From Chlorokybus atmophyticus (lineage: Eukaryota > Plantae > Mesostigma and Chlorokybus algae), in assembly GCA_009103225.1 (NCBI GenBank), contig RHPI01003599.1:357859-421858 (forward strand): 64,000 nt of DNA. The letters run 5' to 3'. Under the pieces are notes generated by a model. The model was not told the origin of the DNA. It did no database searches and saw nothing but the letters and a program-made list of their open reading frames with translations. Below are positions 26,100-39,551 of the stretch, one piece after another; within the stretch, counting starts at the first letter, position 1; every line of letters starts with the position of its first letter. The position numbers were made by a program, and so were the translations under genes.

Positions 26100-26850
26100 T
26101 AATCCAATTGTTCTGTTGCACAATTACACAATTAGCTTGCATTACGCCCCTAACCAGCCCTCTAATGTATGTAAGGAATTGCTGCCTGTTTGCAGACTTG
26201 GCAAAACTGTTTGCATCGGCATGTTTGCGTATGCGTGAGACTCCGCGGTGGGACAACTTAATAATAGATAAATACATACTCTCTCGCCCATAGCTGATTG
26301 GCAAGTGTATGTACAAGTGACTTTATTCGTACGCTTGCAGTGCCGATGATTTTGATATACATATATGTACACATCGGGTATATTAATGCAATGAATGCAC
26401 TCAAATGCATACACAGCCAACGTACACGCTCCAGTACACCATCATGGTTAAATACAACAAGCAACAAAGCACACACATGTGATGTTAAATGAGAGCACGA
26501 ACAATTGCTCATGATGTGCTACATCCGTTATAGCATGGCATGTATTAACAAGTGCATTTTTGACAGTTGATGAGTAAGTGAATCACTCCAAAGTATGCGT
26601 TGTCGGTGGTCGAGGGGTGGGGGAGCAATTGGAAGGGGGAGTTAAGTGAATGACGTTATCTTGGCCATGGTTGTCGTTAAGTGCAAATGCAACGACGGCG
26701 TTGTGGCAGGTGATGCAATGAAGAATTACATGTGTTAACATGAATGTTTAAAGGGGTGCTATAACTTGCGTTTCATAGTAAAGTAGTTGTGTAGCCCGGT
26801 GATTATGCCATGAATGAAGTAGTGATTGTAAGATATGATGCTAAGCCAGC
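26100..26850 (-). pseudogene. Possible highly decayed Ty3/Gypsy-type integrase remnant
   Basis: Broken frames give SPGYTTT, THVILHCITCH (HHCC-like) and HLTPLPIAPHP (like LQPLPIPxxPW) in the expected order, within an AT-rich tract. Confidence 0.3.
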
Positions 26851-27729
26851 TCATCTGGTTGCTCGTTACATGTTCTATGCATGTGCATTTCCACTCCGCA
26901 TTTTATGTACATCACGAGTATAATATGTGCGTTGCAATAAGGGCGTTAAGTAGCTTGTACATGCATACCACATATACACTGTTGCAACACGATGATTATG
27001 ATATGATATAGAGGTTACTCGTTACAATGATTATTTTCATGTGTTATTACGAGACCATACTGCAACGCACATATCACGCACTTATTAACACGATACACGA
27101 ACATCTTTATATAATGACCGTGCAACACACGATGCAATGCATCAGGATAATATATATTATATATGCTATGATATGTTATATATGCTTCAAGTATAACATA
27201 GTGTAAACTTTATGGCGTACATCACCCTTCGTTGATTGTTTGGTGTTGAACATTCAACACGCAAGCACAAACTAGCAAGGCATGCGTAGTTATAGATGTA
27301 GTAATCAAGGCTATTGATATACTTTAAAAACCATACACTTCATGTCCCATGTCGGCTGGCCGCTTGCGCACTTCATTGCAAAATATTTTGAATAGACCTT
27401 GAGATAGCACACCTACACCTACTTTCTAACAAGGTTGCAGACGATGCTTCGTCAATTCAATAATAACAGAATGGTAAACATACAAGTACTGCTAAACAGG
27501 TGAGATAGACAGCCACAAAGGTAGACGCAAAGTTACGACAGCATATACTATGGCAAGAGCACATGCTGCTCAACAAGCGAACAGACATATGCAAGTTTAT
27601 ACCTACCATGGTGTTGTATGCTATCATGTATTCGCATGCATGTCACTACATAGACTAGGTGGATGCAATGTGTCGGCCAACAATCGATGTGGACCGAATT
27701 CTAACACATTTTACATGTTATTGTTCTAA

Positions 27730-27806
27730 ACTGTGGTGCAAGTTTGTCTTCAAGACACATATTGCATCCAGCAATATGTGTCTTGAAGACATACTTGCAC
27801 CACAGT
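27730..27806. repeat. Near-perfect 36-bp inverted repeat with 5-nt loop
   Basis: 27730-27765 versus 27771-27806 are 35/36 complementary; the loop is ATCCA. Confidence 0.9.
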
Positions 27807-28117
27807 GAGACCAATTGCCGATGTTGCGCGCTTCAGCAGGCATGCACCACAAGGTCAGAGTACAGCTGCACACACACACCACTGGAACAGAATGCATGCA
27901 CACAAAGAGGTGCGCACAAACTCAGTTGCAGCGGGCTGAGAGGCTGCTGTCTGCTTCATCGGCAGCATATCTTTGCAATTTTCAAATCCAGTAACCTGAG
28001 CAATGAGCACCCTGCCACCGGGTGCTCTTCATGGGTGTAGGGAGCTGAACCAACCTCACAACCATAGAGCATGCTGCATAGTGGGTGTTGCTAACGAGCA
28101 ATTGCAATTGGTGCAAT

Positions 28118-29199
28118 TCAGGGCCTCGCCAGTTCTGGAGCATCTGCTGCTTGTGGCTCTGAAGGCAACCCCTGCACGTCTAGGATTCGCAGCGCAGTCA
28201 ACTCCTGCAGTTGCAACACAGAGCCCTGAATCAGTAATTGCAACGCGGTGCGTGCAGCAACAGTTTGCCTGACAATTGTTATGAATATGGAACAATGAGC
28301 ACTTCATGCAGCGCGTGAACCCAAGCTACCTGTCTATGCCCAGCAGTGCGGCGGTAGTTTTTCCGTCGCTTCTTCTTGAAGATGACCACTTTAGCATCCC
28401 TAAACTGCATGCACATACAGAGCCTTAGGCAAAGAATTGTTTGATGGGCAACCAGCCAGTGCATGCTTGGCTTAATGTATTGAAGGTAAAGCATACCTGT
28501 GACTCGCAGGCAGCCAGCACGGACGCCTCTGGCACAAATGGTCTACCAACTACTGTACATGCCTGTGAGCCCAGCAGCAAAACTCTGTTCAACTTGACCT
28601 GCGCAGCAATAGCATCAAGCTTGCAGTAGGCTGCTTAATGATCAGCAGCAAGCCACAGATGATTACACTAGTGTACAATGACGCAATGGCACAATGACAC
28701 CCGCACCTTATCGTTAACCTCTACGCCCTTCAACTTCTCCGTGTACACAACGTCGTCAGGAGTCACTTTGAACTGGTGAGGTCCCACCTGTAATGCCCGT
28801 ATTTAGTTGTAAGAAGAAAAGCAACCAGACATGCAGACAATTCAGCATACCCACGAACAAACAAAGAATGCGTTGCATGTTGCAACACGCTATATTGAGG
28901 CAAACAATGCTTATACCCCAACAACTACTGACCTCAACCACAGCAAAGGCTTGCTGCTGCTGCACGCGATACTGAGCCTGAGCTATGCGGCCGACTACTT
29001 CGTACTGGCGGGGAAAGCCAGACGCTCCATCGTTGGCGGCGGCGGCTTCCTGGTTGAAAGCGGCGGAGTCTCCGGAAGTCGTTGCAGCCGCGCTGTCTGC
29101 GGCAAATGCCCTCACCAGCGACCACTCTCCTAACACCGCCTGCCGCCGCGCCACCGCCAATCCTGCCGCTTCCGCTACCCGCCGCCACACAGCCGCCAT
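28118..29199 (-). CDS. MRPL21: Mitochondrial ribosomal protein bL21m
   Basis: An Arg/Ala-rich presequence is followed by AFAVVEVGPHQFKVTPDD, LNRVLLLGS, GRPFVPEA, QFRDAKVVIFKKKRRKNYRRTAGHRQ and ELTALRILDV...*. Confidence 0.92.
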
Positions 29200-29559
29200 G
29201 CCAGCACAATTCTACGACCGGCTCTGACCACCTGGTGGATCAAGCACAGCCAGCAAACTGGTACGCGGCAAACTGGCCCACACCATACCATTTATGGTAC
29301 AGTGTAGTGTGGTACTGTACTACAAGTCATAGTGTAACAACGCCTGTGCTTGCTTACTGTACTACTGGCCGCAATTACGTTGTGTAATGCCAGTCGCGTT
29401 CCAAGCAGCGGTCTAATACCAGTAGCCGTGCTGTACTGTAGCTTAGGTCTACTGGCTGCGAGCTGCTGCCTCGCAACTGCGGTGTCGCATGCGCAAACAA
29501 CACAGCAACAAATTGGCTTGGGCCTGACTGCGGCCAGCTTGGTGTCGGTGCCGGCGGCC

Positions 29560-32500
29560 ATGACGAAGGGCGTCGGGGCCGGTGGGGGTGGAGGGGTGGT
29601 GGCAGATGATGAAGGAGGTGGTGGCTTCGGTATGGTGGCTTCAGGAGAGCCTGGCGCCAACCCGGTTGAAAAGACAGGTGTGCGGGGCAATGCGTTTATG
29701 CAGTCACTGTGCATTGCAATTACAGCTATTTGCGTGTTGGGTTGATGAAGGACGAGAGTCATGCCATTGCATGCTCACTGTATGTGTGTGAAGCAGAGCT
29801 CCAGGACTATGATTCCGTGCTTGAAATGGTGGGCAACGGCCGCTTCCAACGCAAAATGCTGTGGATCTGCGGCCTGGGCAATGCTGCCGACGCCGTCGAG
29901 ATTCTGACGGTGTGTAATGCGCTACCGACCATCACGCCATGAGATTGCATATTGTGGTCTTGGTCGCACGGTCATTGCTGCAAGTGAGACTTTTCAACAA
30001 GCACACATACACTCTGAGTCAGTACTGCAACACCTCCCCCTTGAATGCACATATGCCTGAGATCAATGTGTAGGTTCTTCATATTAAACCACTCTAGTTC
30101 GTTTGAGGGCAGTACGTGAAGCATACTGGATACAGGTTTCCTTCATTCTTCCTGGAGCGCAGAGCGACCTGCACTTGTCGTACAGTGACATGGGTTGGTT
30201 AACCGCTTCCATCTTCTTTGGGATGGTGCGTACAGTTGAACGGTGCGTATCGTTGAACACCAGCAACGCGTGCAGGCTTTTGACCATGCCGATGGCCTTG
30301 CAGTTGATTGGGAGCTGGATTTGGGGGTTTGTGAGCGACTTGTTGGGACGTCGCTACGGCTTTGCTTGTGCTATGGGGGTGCGTATGCTTGGCGGTTGAT
30401 TGTAAAATGCAGGCACAATACAAAGTCATATGTAGCTCTGACAGGTTGCAGGGGTGTTTGCTTTGGCGTCCGCGTTCTCGTTCAATGTTACCACATTGGT
30501 CCTGCTGCGGGCGTGCGCTGGTGTTGGAGTGGGTGGCAGCGTGCCAGTGGTTTTCAGGTAAGCAGCCAGCGTTAATTTCGAACATATTCAAAGCACAACG
30601 CAATGGGTATATATTTTGGCTGTCACATCTTGCTGTTATGAGTTGCCACTGAAAAGCACACATGCATGCAAGTACAAGCGCACTAGCGAATGCATGCATT
30701 ATCAACATATGCCACATGCGCGTGCTACAGCACTGTTGTTTTTATTGCTGAGGTAGTAAGCTGATTGAGTAATTACTTCAACGTTCTTACAGCTACTTTG
30801 CTGAGTTTTTGTCGTCGGACATCCGGGGAACATACATGGTGCTGCTTGCATCATTCTGGATGGTAAGCGACAAGCTTTAACATGAATCGCTTATAAGTTG
30901 CTGTGATTGACTCTTCTTGCGTGTGGGAGGACAGGTTGGATCTCTATATGCGGCAATTACAGGTTGGGCCATCATCCCTTGGATAGGGTGGCGCTACTTT
31001 GTGGCCTGGTCTTCACTTCCTGCGGTACTTTCGCAGCTCATGCTGGTGGTTGTGTCCATGCGGTTGACTTGAACCTGTCCAAGAAACCCAACTCTTTACA
31101 GTTCATCTGCGCAGCATCCATACTGCTATCAGCTCCAGAAAGCCCACGTTATCTGATGGTCAAACGGCGACCAGCAGAAGTAAGCACAACTGGCTGTCAA
31201 CTGCCGACTTGTGTTTGAGCACAGCAAAGTACTTTTTAGCTCACACAAAGCTGGGCAGGTCAGGCATTCAGCCATAGCTGAACACTATCACTTATGGATT
31301 CATTCAAATTACATGCAGCAGAGTGACAGCTAATCAAGTTGACACTTGACAAAAGCGCTCTACAGGCAATGGAGATACTGCGTGGTGCAGCAGTGGAGAA
31401 CGGCATTGCGCTTCCCAGCGGCTTAGCGCTCGCGCCTCTTGAGCACTCTGAGGAGGATGCTGAGCTGGCTAGGTCAACAGAGCAGGGCTTTGAGTACTGG
31501 TGGCTGGCGGTTATGAGCAGAATCAAAGCAATGATGCAGCCCCATGTCAAACGCATGTTGATGGTCCAGATGGTGCTCTGGTACGTCCCCTGTGAGTCGT
31601 GTCATTGTCCATCATGAATGTAGGTCACCTGTGCAGCTTGCAAAACGTTCTTGTTCTCAATTTCTCCCCTCCCATTTGCTACCATTTTGCCCAGGTTTGG
31701 CATATCCTTTGGCTGGTACTCTACTGCTCTGTGGCTGCCGGAGTATTTTCAACGGCGCAGCGGTTCAACAGAAGTGTCCATGTCGGTGTACTTCGACACT
31801 CTGCTGACTGCTGTAGCCCAGCTCCCCGGTAACATCATCAGCCTCAGACTGGTACGTGAAGCTGGTGACAACAAGCGAGCTTGCACCTCCCAGCATGCCC
31901 AATGCACGTGATATGCTTTGCAGGTGGATTCTATTGGGAGGAGATGGACGCTTGCAGGCTGCATGATGGCAGGTGGAGTGTCGGCAATACTGTTTGCGGC
32001 TGCACCGAGCGGTCAAGTGTAAGCATGACGAGCACGCTCGAGTGACTATGATGCAATGCACATTGCATTTGGTTGACACCGACTGGTTGTTCAGTTCATG
32101 AGCCTCAACTGTTCTCCAGGTGGTCCGTTGCAGCGGGTTGTCTGTTTAACGGCGTGTCCATTGGCGGCTGGAATGCACTGGACTTGTACAGCGCAGAGTC
32201 GTTCCCCACCTCTGTGAGGACGTCTGCCATGGGAGTACTGCTCAGCGCCGGAAGGATTGGAAGCATTTGCGCTTCCATCATGAATGGTATGCCATCATGC
32301 AATCCAGCAACTGCGATGTAGATTACGTACATGCAACTCTAGTGCAGCAGTTAGTGCTGGAGTGGTGCCTTGTGCTGAGCCGGTTTGAACACTGTCTGCT
32401 GATGAATGTTCTGAAGCTCAGCTGTGCACCCCTGCTGTCTGTATGGCAGGCAAATTGTTGGAGATGTCCATTTGGCTCCCTCTTCTGGCAGCGTCCGCGG

Positions 32501-32766
32501 CCATGTTTATGGCAAGGTACGCAGCTCCAGCCATAATATCTGATAGGTTTACGTGCAGTACGTTTTCACTGGCTCATCACGGATAGTGTGTTTGTTGCTT
32601 CAGCTTTGCAGCAATATTCGCTTTGCCTGTTGAGACAAAGAGCCGGACGATGGTTGACACAATAAAGCACTTTGAGGGCAGTTCCTCGCACAACTACGCA
32701 GCAAGGCGATCGTCACCAAGCGGCACAGCAGGAGGTGTTGACGAAGAGACAGCGCTGCTGCCGTAG
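29560..32766 (+). CDS. MFS transporter, SV2/SVOP-like (plant OCT7-like)
   Basis: VGNGRFQRKMLWICGLGNAADAVEILT, WGFVSDLLGRR, FAEFLSSDIRG, APESPRYL, LYSAESFPTSVRTSAMG and ALPVETK. Multi-exon; TAG 32764-32766. Confidence 0.9.
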
Positions 32767-35700
32767 CATCATGGTGTGAATGCTTGCTAGTCATGCATTA
32801 GTAACAGTACTCAGCTGTATTGGATTGAAGCCCGAGCTGGCTGCAACAAGGCAAGAGCTCCTGTAAATGAGGCCTACCATATGTTTTGAAACCATCATGC
32901 GTAGCTGGGGGCAATGCTGATTGTGTGCTTTGTCCTACATGTACACAAGTCCAAAACACTTTTGTGTTGGGACAGCATTGCTGCAAGTTTTACTTTTACG
33001 AGCACAAATGCTACAATGACTCAAACATTGGCACACACAAGCAAGCACGGTCAAACAAGCACAAGCAGCTAGTTCTGTGTCAGTCAACAAGCAGAGGCTG
33101 GGGGCTGAGGGGTCGCAGGCAACGGCAGTCTAGTGTGAGCCAGCAGGCATAGGCAGTAATGCGCTGGGCCCACAGCAGCACTGGTAGCACAGTAGCAAAG
33201 CAAGGAAGCAGCCAAGAGAGCACACTATTGATATTACCAGCAACAAGGGCGAAACATGAACGGCGTCCATGCCTAACCAACAAGACAGCTACTTACCTAT
33301 ACTCACAAGCGCCAAAGTGAGCAACTTGCGTCGGGGCAACTTGTATATGCTTTCCTCACACATTTGCAGGGCTTGGTTTCACACGCAACGGCACAGGACC
33401 AACGACGAGAAGCTCAAATGCCGCCGCTGCAAACGCCATGTTAAATTTTGGTGCACGTAACCGTGGCCTGAAGAGCTGCTTCGCAATGAAATAGCGAACA
33501 AAGTTGCAATGCACAGCTGCATTCCCGCAGCACCCAGGCAACACTCCCGTGAACTTGATCCCAAAGCTGTCCTCTTTGTTGTCATTAACGCTCGGAAGAG
33601 CTCGTTTGCTAATTGCACGGCAACTTTACTTTCGGGGGTAACGGTTGCTAAGCTCGTGAGCTTGAGTGCACGTCTCTCCAAATCGCTCTTTCCATACCAA
33701 AGGTGGACTTGCCAACTTGTACGCTCATGTGCACATAGACAGCGATGTTGGGCAGGTATCACACAAATAGCCGTAACAAGCTGTGGTCCTGTCAACTCAG
33801 TAGCACAGCAAGCACACGGTTGGTAGGTCTGTTTCCGTGTTGGTAACCGAGCTTGCATATCTTTACCACATGACAACGCGCAAAGCTCAACATTCATGAC
33901 ATGCACATACAGCAGACAATGCTAGCAGTTAAGTCAGGACGAACAAGGTGTTCAAGCAATGTGCACTCGTATTGTGGAAACAACCAGTCTGCATGCTGTG
34001 TGTCCAAGTACGGCTGGCGACATTAGCACTGGTTACTAGATTTGGAGTGACCAATGCCTCAAACAGTATCTATTTGGTGCAATGTAGGTCAAGCGGAACC
34101 ACTGCAGTAACAGCCACAGCTTGCAATAAGCTGATTACCATGGTATAACATGAACTCAAGGTTACTCATGACATGAATGCTATGTATCAGCCTGTGCACA
34201 ATTTGATCCACAGCTTGCAGTAGGCTGACTACCAGTGTGATGATACACACTCATAATTCATGGCTTCAAAGCTATTTGTCAGCCGATACACATGGTGTGC
34301 AACAACACGGTACCTACACGTTGCATGTGCACACAAATACTGTTCCGTGGTACTAGCACTGCCGCACTCGGGCACAAGCACATCCACGGCACGTCCTCCG
34401 CGTTCCCTTTCTCCTGAGCCAGCTTTTCCTCCGCCGCCGCCGCCCTGTCGTTTATTCATGCGGGGGAGAGAAATCAAGTTGATTTAGCGTGGTTGCTAAT
34501 CATGTGATATCAATCCTTTCTCAGGAGGCCGCAGGCGCAAGAGGGGGTTGATTGTACGCTTGAGGAGCTGTTTTGTGTGGTTGATGAGATAGACGGGTAG
34601 GCGTGCGAGGGGCCGCAAAGTGGAAGGGCTTGTGGCAGTCCAGGTAACATAAGTGACAAGCATGGTGAAGGTTGATGGACGGCTGGCTGAATCATTAGGC
34701 GATTCTCTTTTTGCTGTCGTCCCGTCGTTGTCGCTATACTGTTGGTGTCAATCAGATTGAAGCCTAGCAACCGCAGCAAGCACAACGCAATCTGCTCGCA
34801 TGTATGGAGCTGTACACGCATTCACCTGTCCTGCAATCAGCATGTACAACTGCTAAGACCCATTGTGCAGTTTCCGCCCCCTTGCTTGTGTACCACGACA
34901 TGGAGTTGAGATAATGAAACTTGTTCCCACACGCCCCCACCCCCACCCCAACATACACACATCCGCAAGCTGACACTTGAACCTACGCATGTATGCGCGC
35001 ATGAATACTTTGCCTATTTTACAGTACCAATTGGTTCCTACTCACACCCGCGATTGGCGTGGTCAGACAAGTTGGAAGATTGCTATCAGGGAGGAATGTT
35101 ACTATCCAAGCTCAATGCAGCTCAACACTAATGGTGTGTGTCCGTTGCACATTCTGTGCACATTGAGTGTTTGGCGCAACAGCATGCAGTAACTTTGCAT
35201 TCGTCATGTCATAAGGTCTTGCCATGGTTGGCTTTGCTTGCCCTGCCCACCTTTTGCCGGTTTTGAGCTCATCCAGCCTTGCGCTACTACTGGCAGGGTT
35301 GTGCTGTTTGAAAACCAGGACCATTACCACATATTGAAGGTTTCTTCCTGAGTTCTGAAGGCACCAGCAAACTATTGCTTTCAAACACAGGAAGGGCGCA
35401 AAAAGCAGGAGGGTATGATTCTCTTTTTGATGTGTGTGTGCGTGTGAGTGGCATAAACCTAGAGATTCTACGAGCAAGCCTAGTAAGCTCTCCTGCAAAT
35501 GTTGAGTGTCGCTGCCTTAAATATGAGCTGCTGCTGCTCTGGATGTGCATGCAGTTCGCATGCTCTTCGTACTGCATTGTGTCTGTTTGTCTGCTTGCCC
35601 GGCTTCTCTTCTACTACATGTCCGTGGCAAGTTGTGTACACTTAGGAAGATACACCTGTATTTGCATACATGTACGGGCAAATTCGGTGTGCAGGTTGGC

Positions 35701-36236
35701 AACCAGTGATGTGCTGTTTCGGTGTGTCGGCTGTTTTGGTGTGTTTGCTGTATATGCTGAGCTCTTTGTGCAATGCTCTTTGCTAACCATTTTTGCATTG
35801 CTTGCCCAGTGGCGTTTTTGGGCTTGGTCTACCTGTCCCAGGCACTCCGTTTACCCTGTCTTACAGCCTCCTAGGCTAGCGTGGGCAATTTTGGAGGTGG
35901 TGACGGCGCAACGGTCTGTGTGCGTTGAGCTCCCCCGAGGCTTTACCCGGCTTGAGGGTGGGCGCAGCTCAAAGACTAGCATAGCATAAATTCTTGAGCA
36001 GATTGCTGGCCAACTTCACGGTGATTCGTTGATGAAATTGTGTGGTTGTATGCGCGCATATTCATCCTGATGGTCTTCCACTTACCTGTCAACTGGTCAT
36101 TTGCTGGGGTAGTAAGCCAGACCATGATGGTGGTGCTGTTGAGGATGCGATGCGCGGTGTACGTTGTGGTCATCATAGCGTGTTTGACAGAAACTTCTTT
36201 AGCAGGCGTTTCACAATGAGGCACGGGCAGGTTGCA

Positions 36237-37756
36237 ATGGCAGCCTTTGCCACTATCCCTGACATCGTCGCAACGAAACAGGCTGTGGACAAGGCTGTGC
36301 AGCAGTGCTGTCTTGAGATTGAGACGCTCGCAAGGCAGCTCGAGAGCGTCCCTGCGGATGATGCTGACGGAGAGCATTATCACATCCTGTTGCAGCTGGT
36401 AGCTTTGCGACAAACAGAGACAGCGCTGCGCCGAGAAGAGACTGCACTGCAACGACAGAATGTTATGCTGCGACAGCAAGAACTGCGACAGAAGGAGGCG
36501 TTGCTGCTAGAGACCAAGCAAAGGATGAAGAAGGTGAGCACCTCGGCCGGCCTTACCATTACTCGCTGTCTTTGGAACATTTGGCCATTGTGCTCACCTG
36601 CTTCGTTGGATTGTGCCAAAGTGATGGACATTGTGGCATTGGGTCTGGCATCTTGAACTGTCTGTTACCAGCCTGTTAATGAGTCAAGCTACACTAGATT
36701 CGCATCTTGCAGCATTGTTGCCACTGGCCGTTTGTTCAGTGCACTGCTGGTAACGCGCTGACGGTCATTAACGGTGATGGTTGACGTCGTTGCTGTGGCA
36801 GAACGCGAGATTATTTGTTGCGATGAGTTTGTTGGGAGATCTTAATGTGGTGATAGTAAACGGCAACGATGTTGACCCGATCAAGCTGCCGGATGACTGC
36901 CCACAATGCGACAACTTTGATGCTTGTGGTGTTCCCAATGACAATGCAGCTGCAACTCTCTTGCAGCACCATCAACAGCAGTTGATGAAGTTTGGCGTGC
37001 CCTTCGGTCGAGATGGATACCAATTGTACAACGTCCATGGGGTGGCAGAGTTGCAATACAGCATCAACGCTGGTGATGGGAAGGTGTATAGCAGCACAGT
37101 GGACGGTTGCATTGCACCTTATGCCTTAATAAACAGCCGCGGTGGCTCCATGAGACAGTGCCGCATCGCATATATGCACAACATCGAGGTATGTTTGAGT
37201 CTTATTGCAATGCTTGTTGCTGCCAAGGGATGGAGAAGAGGGGGCATTTAGAGGTGTTGTCATAAGTGTAAACTGAGTGCAGGGGTGTGTGCAGGGCTGT
37301 GGTGCTGTTATGGCTGTCACTGGTTGTCTCAAAGGACAAGCCTTAATCAGTATGCTGGGCGCGTATGCAGCCAATACTTATCCGCTCATGCTGGACATCA
37401 CCGACGGTGTTGTGCATCATCTTTTGCAAATGCGGGGTGATGAGCTTTTGGAGTGGTTCAACCTCACTCCGCAGCAAGCGTACCTGAAGCAAGCACATCT
37501 CCTGCTCGAACAAAAAGATTGTCTTACCAGGAAAAACCTCCGGTTGGAAGATATACCGGAGCATCTGCAACGACCTGTGATAAAGGTGCGGGATCGTCTA
37601 CGGCCACCTAGCCAACTAGAGGAGCAGCTGGACACCCTCTTGCCCTTCATAGACGACCGGGAAGAGCGGCTGCAGACGACCTTGGAGTTGATCGCAGATC
37701 ATAGCAGAAGAGGCCTGGTGGAGGTGCCGAGTGGTGTCAGAGCCATGCTCGAGTAG
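36237..37756 (+). CDS. Crinkler-like hypothetical protein: N-terminal coiled coil plus putative REase-fold domain
   Basis: The first exon is coiled-coil-like (LVALRQTETALRREETALQRQ...). Later exons read VYSSTVDGCIAPY...RQCRIAY and GQALISMLGAYAANTYPLMLDITDGVVHHLL...NLTPQQAY. The internal exon boundaries are uncertain. Confidence 0.5.
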
Positions 37757-38046
37757 GTTGGTAATCTGCAGTTATTGAGTGTCATGCGGAACCTCTCGTT
37801 TTTGTTGTTGTTATTTCTGAAGCAACTTGGACATTGAAACACATGGCACTCATACAAGGTGGGCATTGTGGCAATGCACAAGTTGGAGCAGCATGGAAAC
37901 TTGTATCAATGCTTCTTTGTGTTGAGATAGATCCCAATCTCAATGTTGCACTGTAATCTAGTCTACTAGACAGCTTCCATACAATATACGGAAGCTGTCT
38001 AGACACCCAAGCAGGCTTATATGAAAAAACAATCAGCCAACCCTTC

Positions 38047-38317
38047 CTTTTGTGTTGCAGATGCACTTAGCAAATGCTTTGCTGAGGTCAAGCAATAATA
38101 CGGAGCATGTAGTGGTTACAAGTTGCCATGATGATTGCAAGCGATGTCTTCAACTGCTCGTGTGCATCGCTCGTACAGCTGCTCCTTGCTCTCTACGTCA
38201 CCCTGCAGGACCAACACTATTGCACACAAAAATACACGCGCACACGCAAGCATGCACACCATTGCATATATACTACACATATGGACACCACACAGTCAAA
38301 GCTCTTAACAAATGAAC
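38047..38317 (-). pseudogene. Inverted copy of PGM-like gene: end of intron 4, exon 5 and start of intron 5
   Basis: 38127-38202 matches exon 5 (20470-20545) at 64/76 nt (GDVESKEQLYERCTRAVEDIA versus GDVESKEQLYDRCVRALEDIA). The donor is mutated GT>GC. The flanking intron motifs also align. Confidence 0.85.
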
Positions 38318-38547
38318 AGAGGGAGTCCGTTGGGTCTGCTGCAGCTGCTGCCTCGGCAAGGACTGAGCTGCTAACCAACGGCCGTTGTGCAGGTGATGAC
38401 ATGAACAGTGATACAACTGATGGCTGTTAGAAACAGCAGGAGCCAGGCAGGGTCATACATCAACTTGCGTTACACGGCAAATAGCAGCATACAACTCAAC
38501 TCACACAAGCACAAGCGCTTCACCAAGACTGCGTGCCACGCCATTAT

Positions 38548-39120
38548 TGTAATCTGGCTAGTAGAGCTAGTGCAGCAAAAGAGACTATTCTAGACTAGAG
38601 CAACTTAAGCAAGCATGCGTGGGGGCAGCAAGACAGGACAGCCTAACACATGGAACAACTTGTGTTATCAGCAGACCAGGCTTTTATACCTAGCACAGTC
38701 AACTCTAGCAGCCAAATGGCGCACTACCAGCTATCTTGGGCGTCCAACTACGTTAATCGCCCCCCAGACCCTCCAGCTCACTCCAACCGCCAACCCAACC
38801 GCCATACCAACCGCCTCTGACTGTCAGACCTGCCGGACCAGCCGCCCAGACTGCCGAAGTGTCACTCCACACTCGAGTCCGACCTTAACAAACTGCCAAC
38901 TCATGTGCCTAAGCTCAAGTCCGGCTTTAACCAACACCATGCAGTTTCTAATACTACAACAAGCTGGCTGAACAGTACTGTACCAAGTCCTAGCCCATTC
39001 CTAAGCAGGTCTAAACTGTCTTAAACTATACTAATGTCAACAGTTAAGCTTAGCTAAGTGAGCTATATCTAGCCTAAAAAGAGTGGGGGTGCGGGGGAAA
39101 GGGGCAAGGCAAAGGTACAG
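38548..39120 (-). mobile_element. LTR-like sequence inside a ~1.2-kb insertion that splits the PGM-like copy
   Basis: The minus strand ends ...GATTACA and is followed by TGGCGTGGCACGCAG (PBS-like). It contains GGTATAAAAGCC...AACACAAGTTGTT, similar to the Copia LTR here. The far end and a TSD were not found. Confidence 0.3.
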
Positions 39121-39551
39121 GCAGTAGTTCACCTGTCAACACCGCGCAGGGAGAGATAGATGTCAGTGACGCCCCCGCTACAAGCAGCATTCATGACTGG
39201 AGTGCTATTGCCCCCAAGGGTGTGCCCGCCAGCCACTGTCTTTATGGTCTTGCGCGACTTACAACGGCTCTTTCGATCAGCATTAGCATTTGCATTGATC
39301 GCACAGCTCCCAACAGTAATGCATTGCACAGCTGGGCATTGCCCACAATGTGCATTGCGAGCAGATGGAACCAAAAGCAGATAGCAGCACGACCTGACTT
39401 GCATGCTTGCATGGTTAATGGGGTAGTACAAGTAGTGTAATGTGTTAGGTGTAGTAGAATAGCCCAATGGTGAACCTTGCAATAGTGTAATTAGTGTCGC
39501 TGCTTGCTATGTATGCCACTATACATGTGCCATTCTGTTGCGCATTGTTTG

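Noticed and set aside
9459-32900. TGTAA motifs downstream of several stops as chlorophyte-type poly(A) signals
   Set aside because: The pentamer is frequent by chance and is absent near some genes; 3'-end data are needed.
33090-35330. Possible minus-strand multi-exon gene (YGKSDLERRALKLTSLAT..., hydrophobic LLLVISIVCSLGCFLALLLCYQCCC tail)
   Set aside because: I could not phase the exons consistently or recognise a family; RNA-seq is needed.
37958-38002. Hairpin plus CTAG as a definite Helitron 3' end
   Set aside because: The spacing is short, the following base is A rather than T, and no 5' TC end was found; kept only as a hypothesis in the findings.
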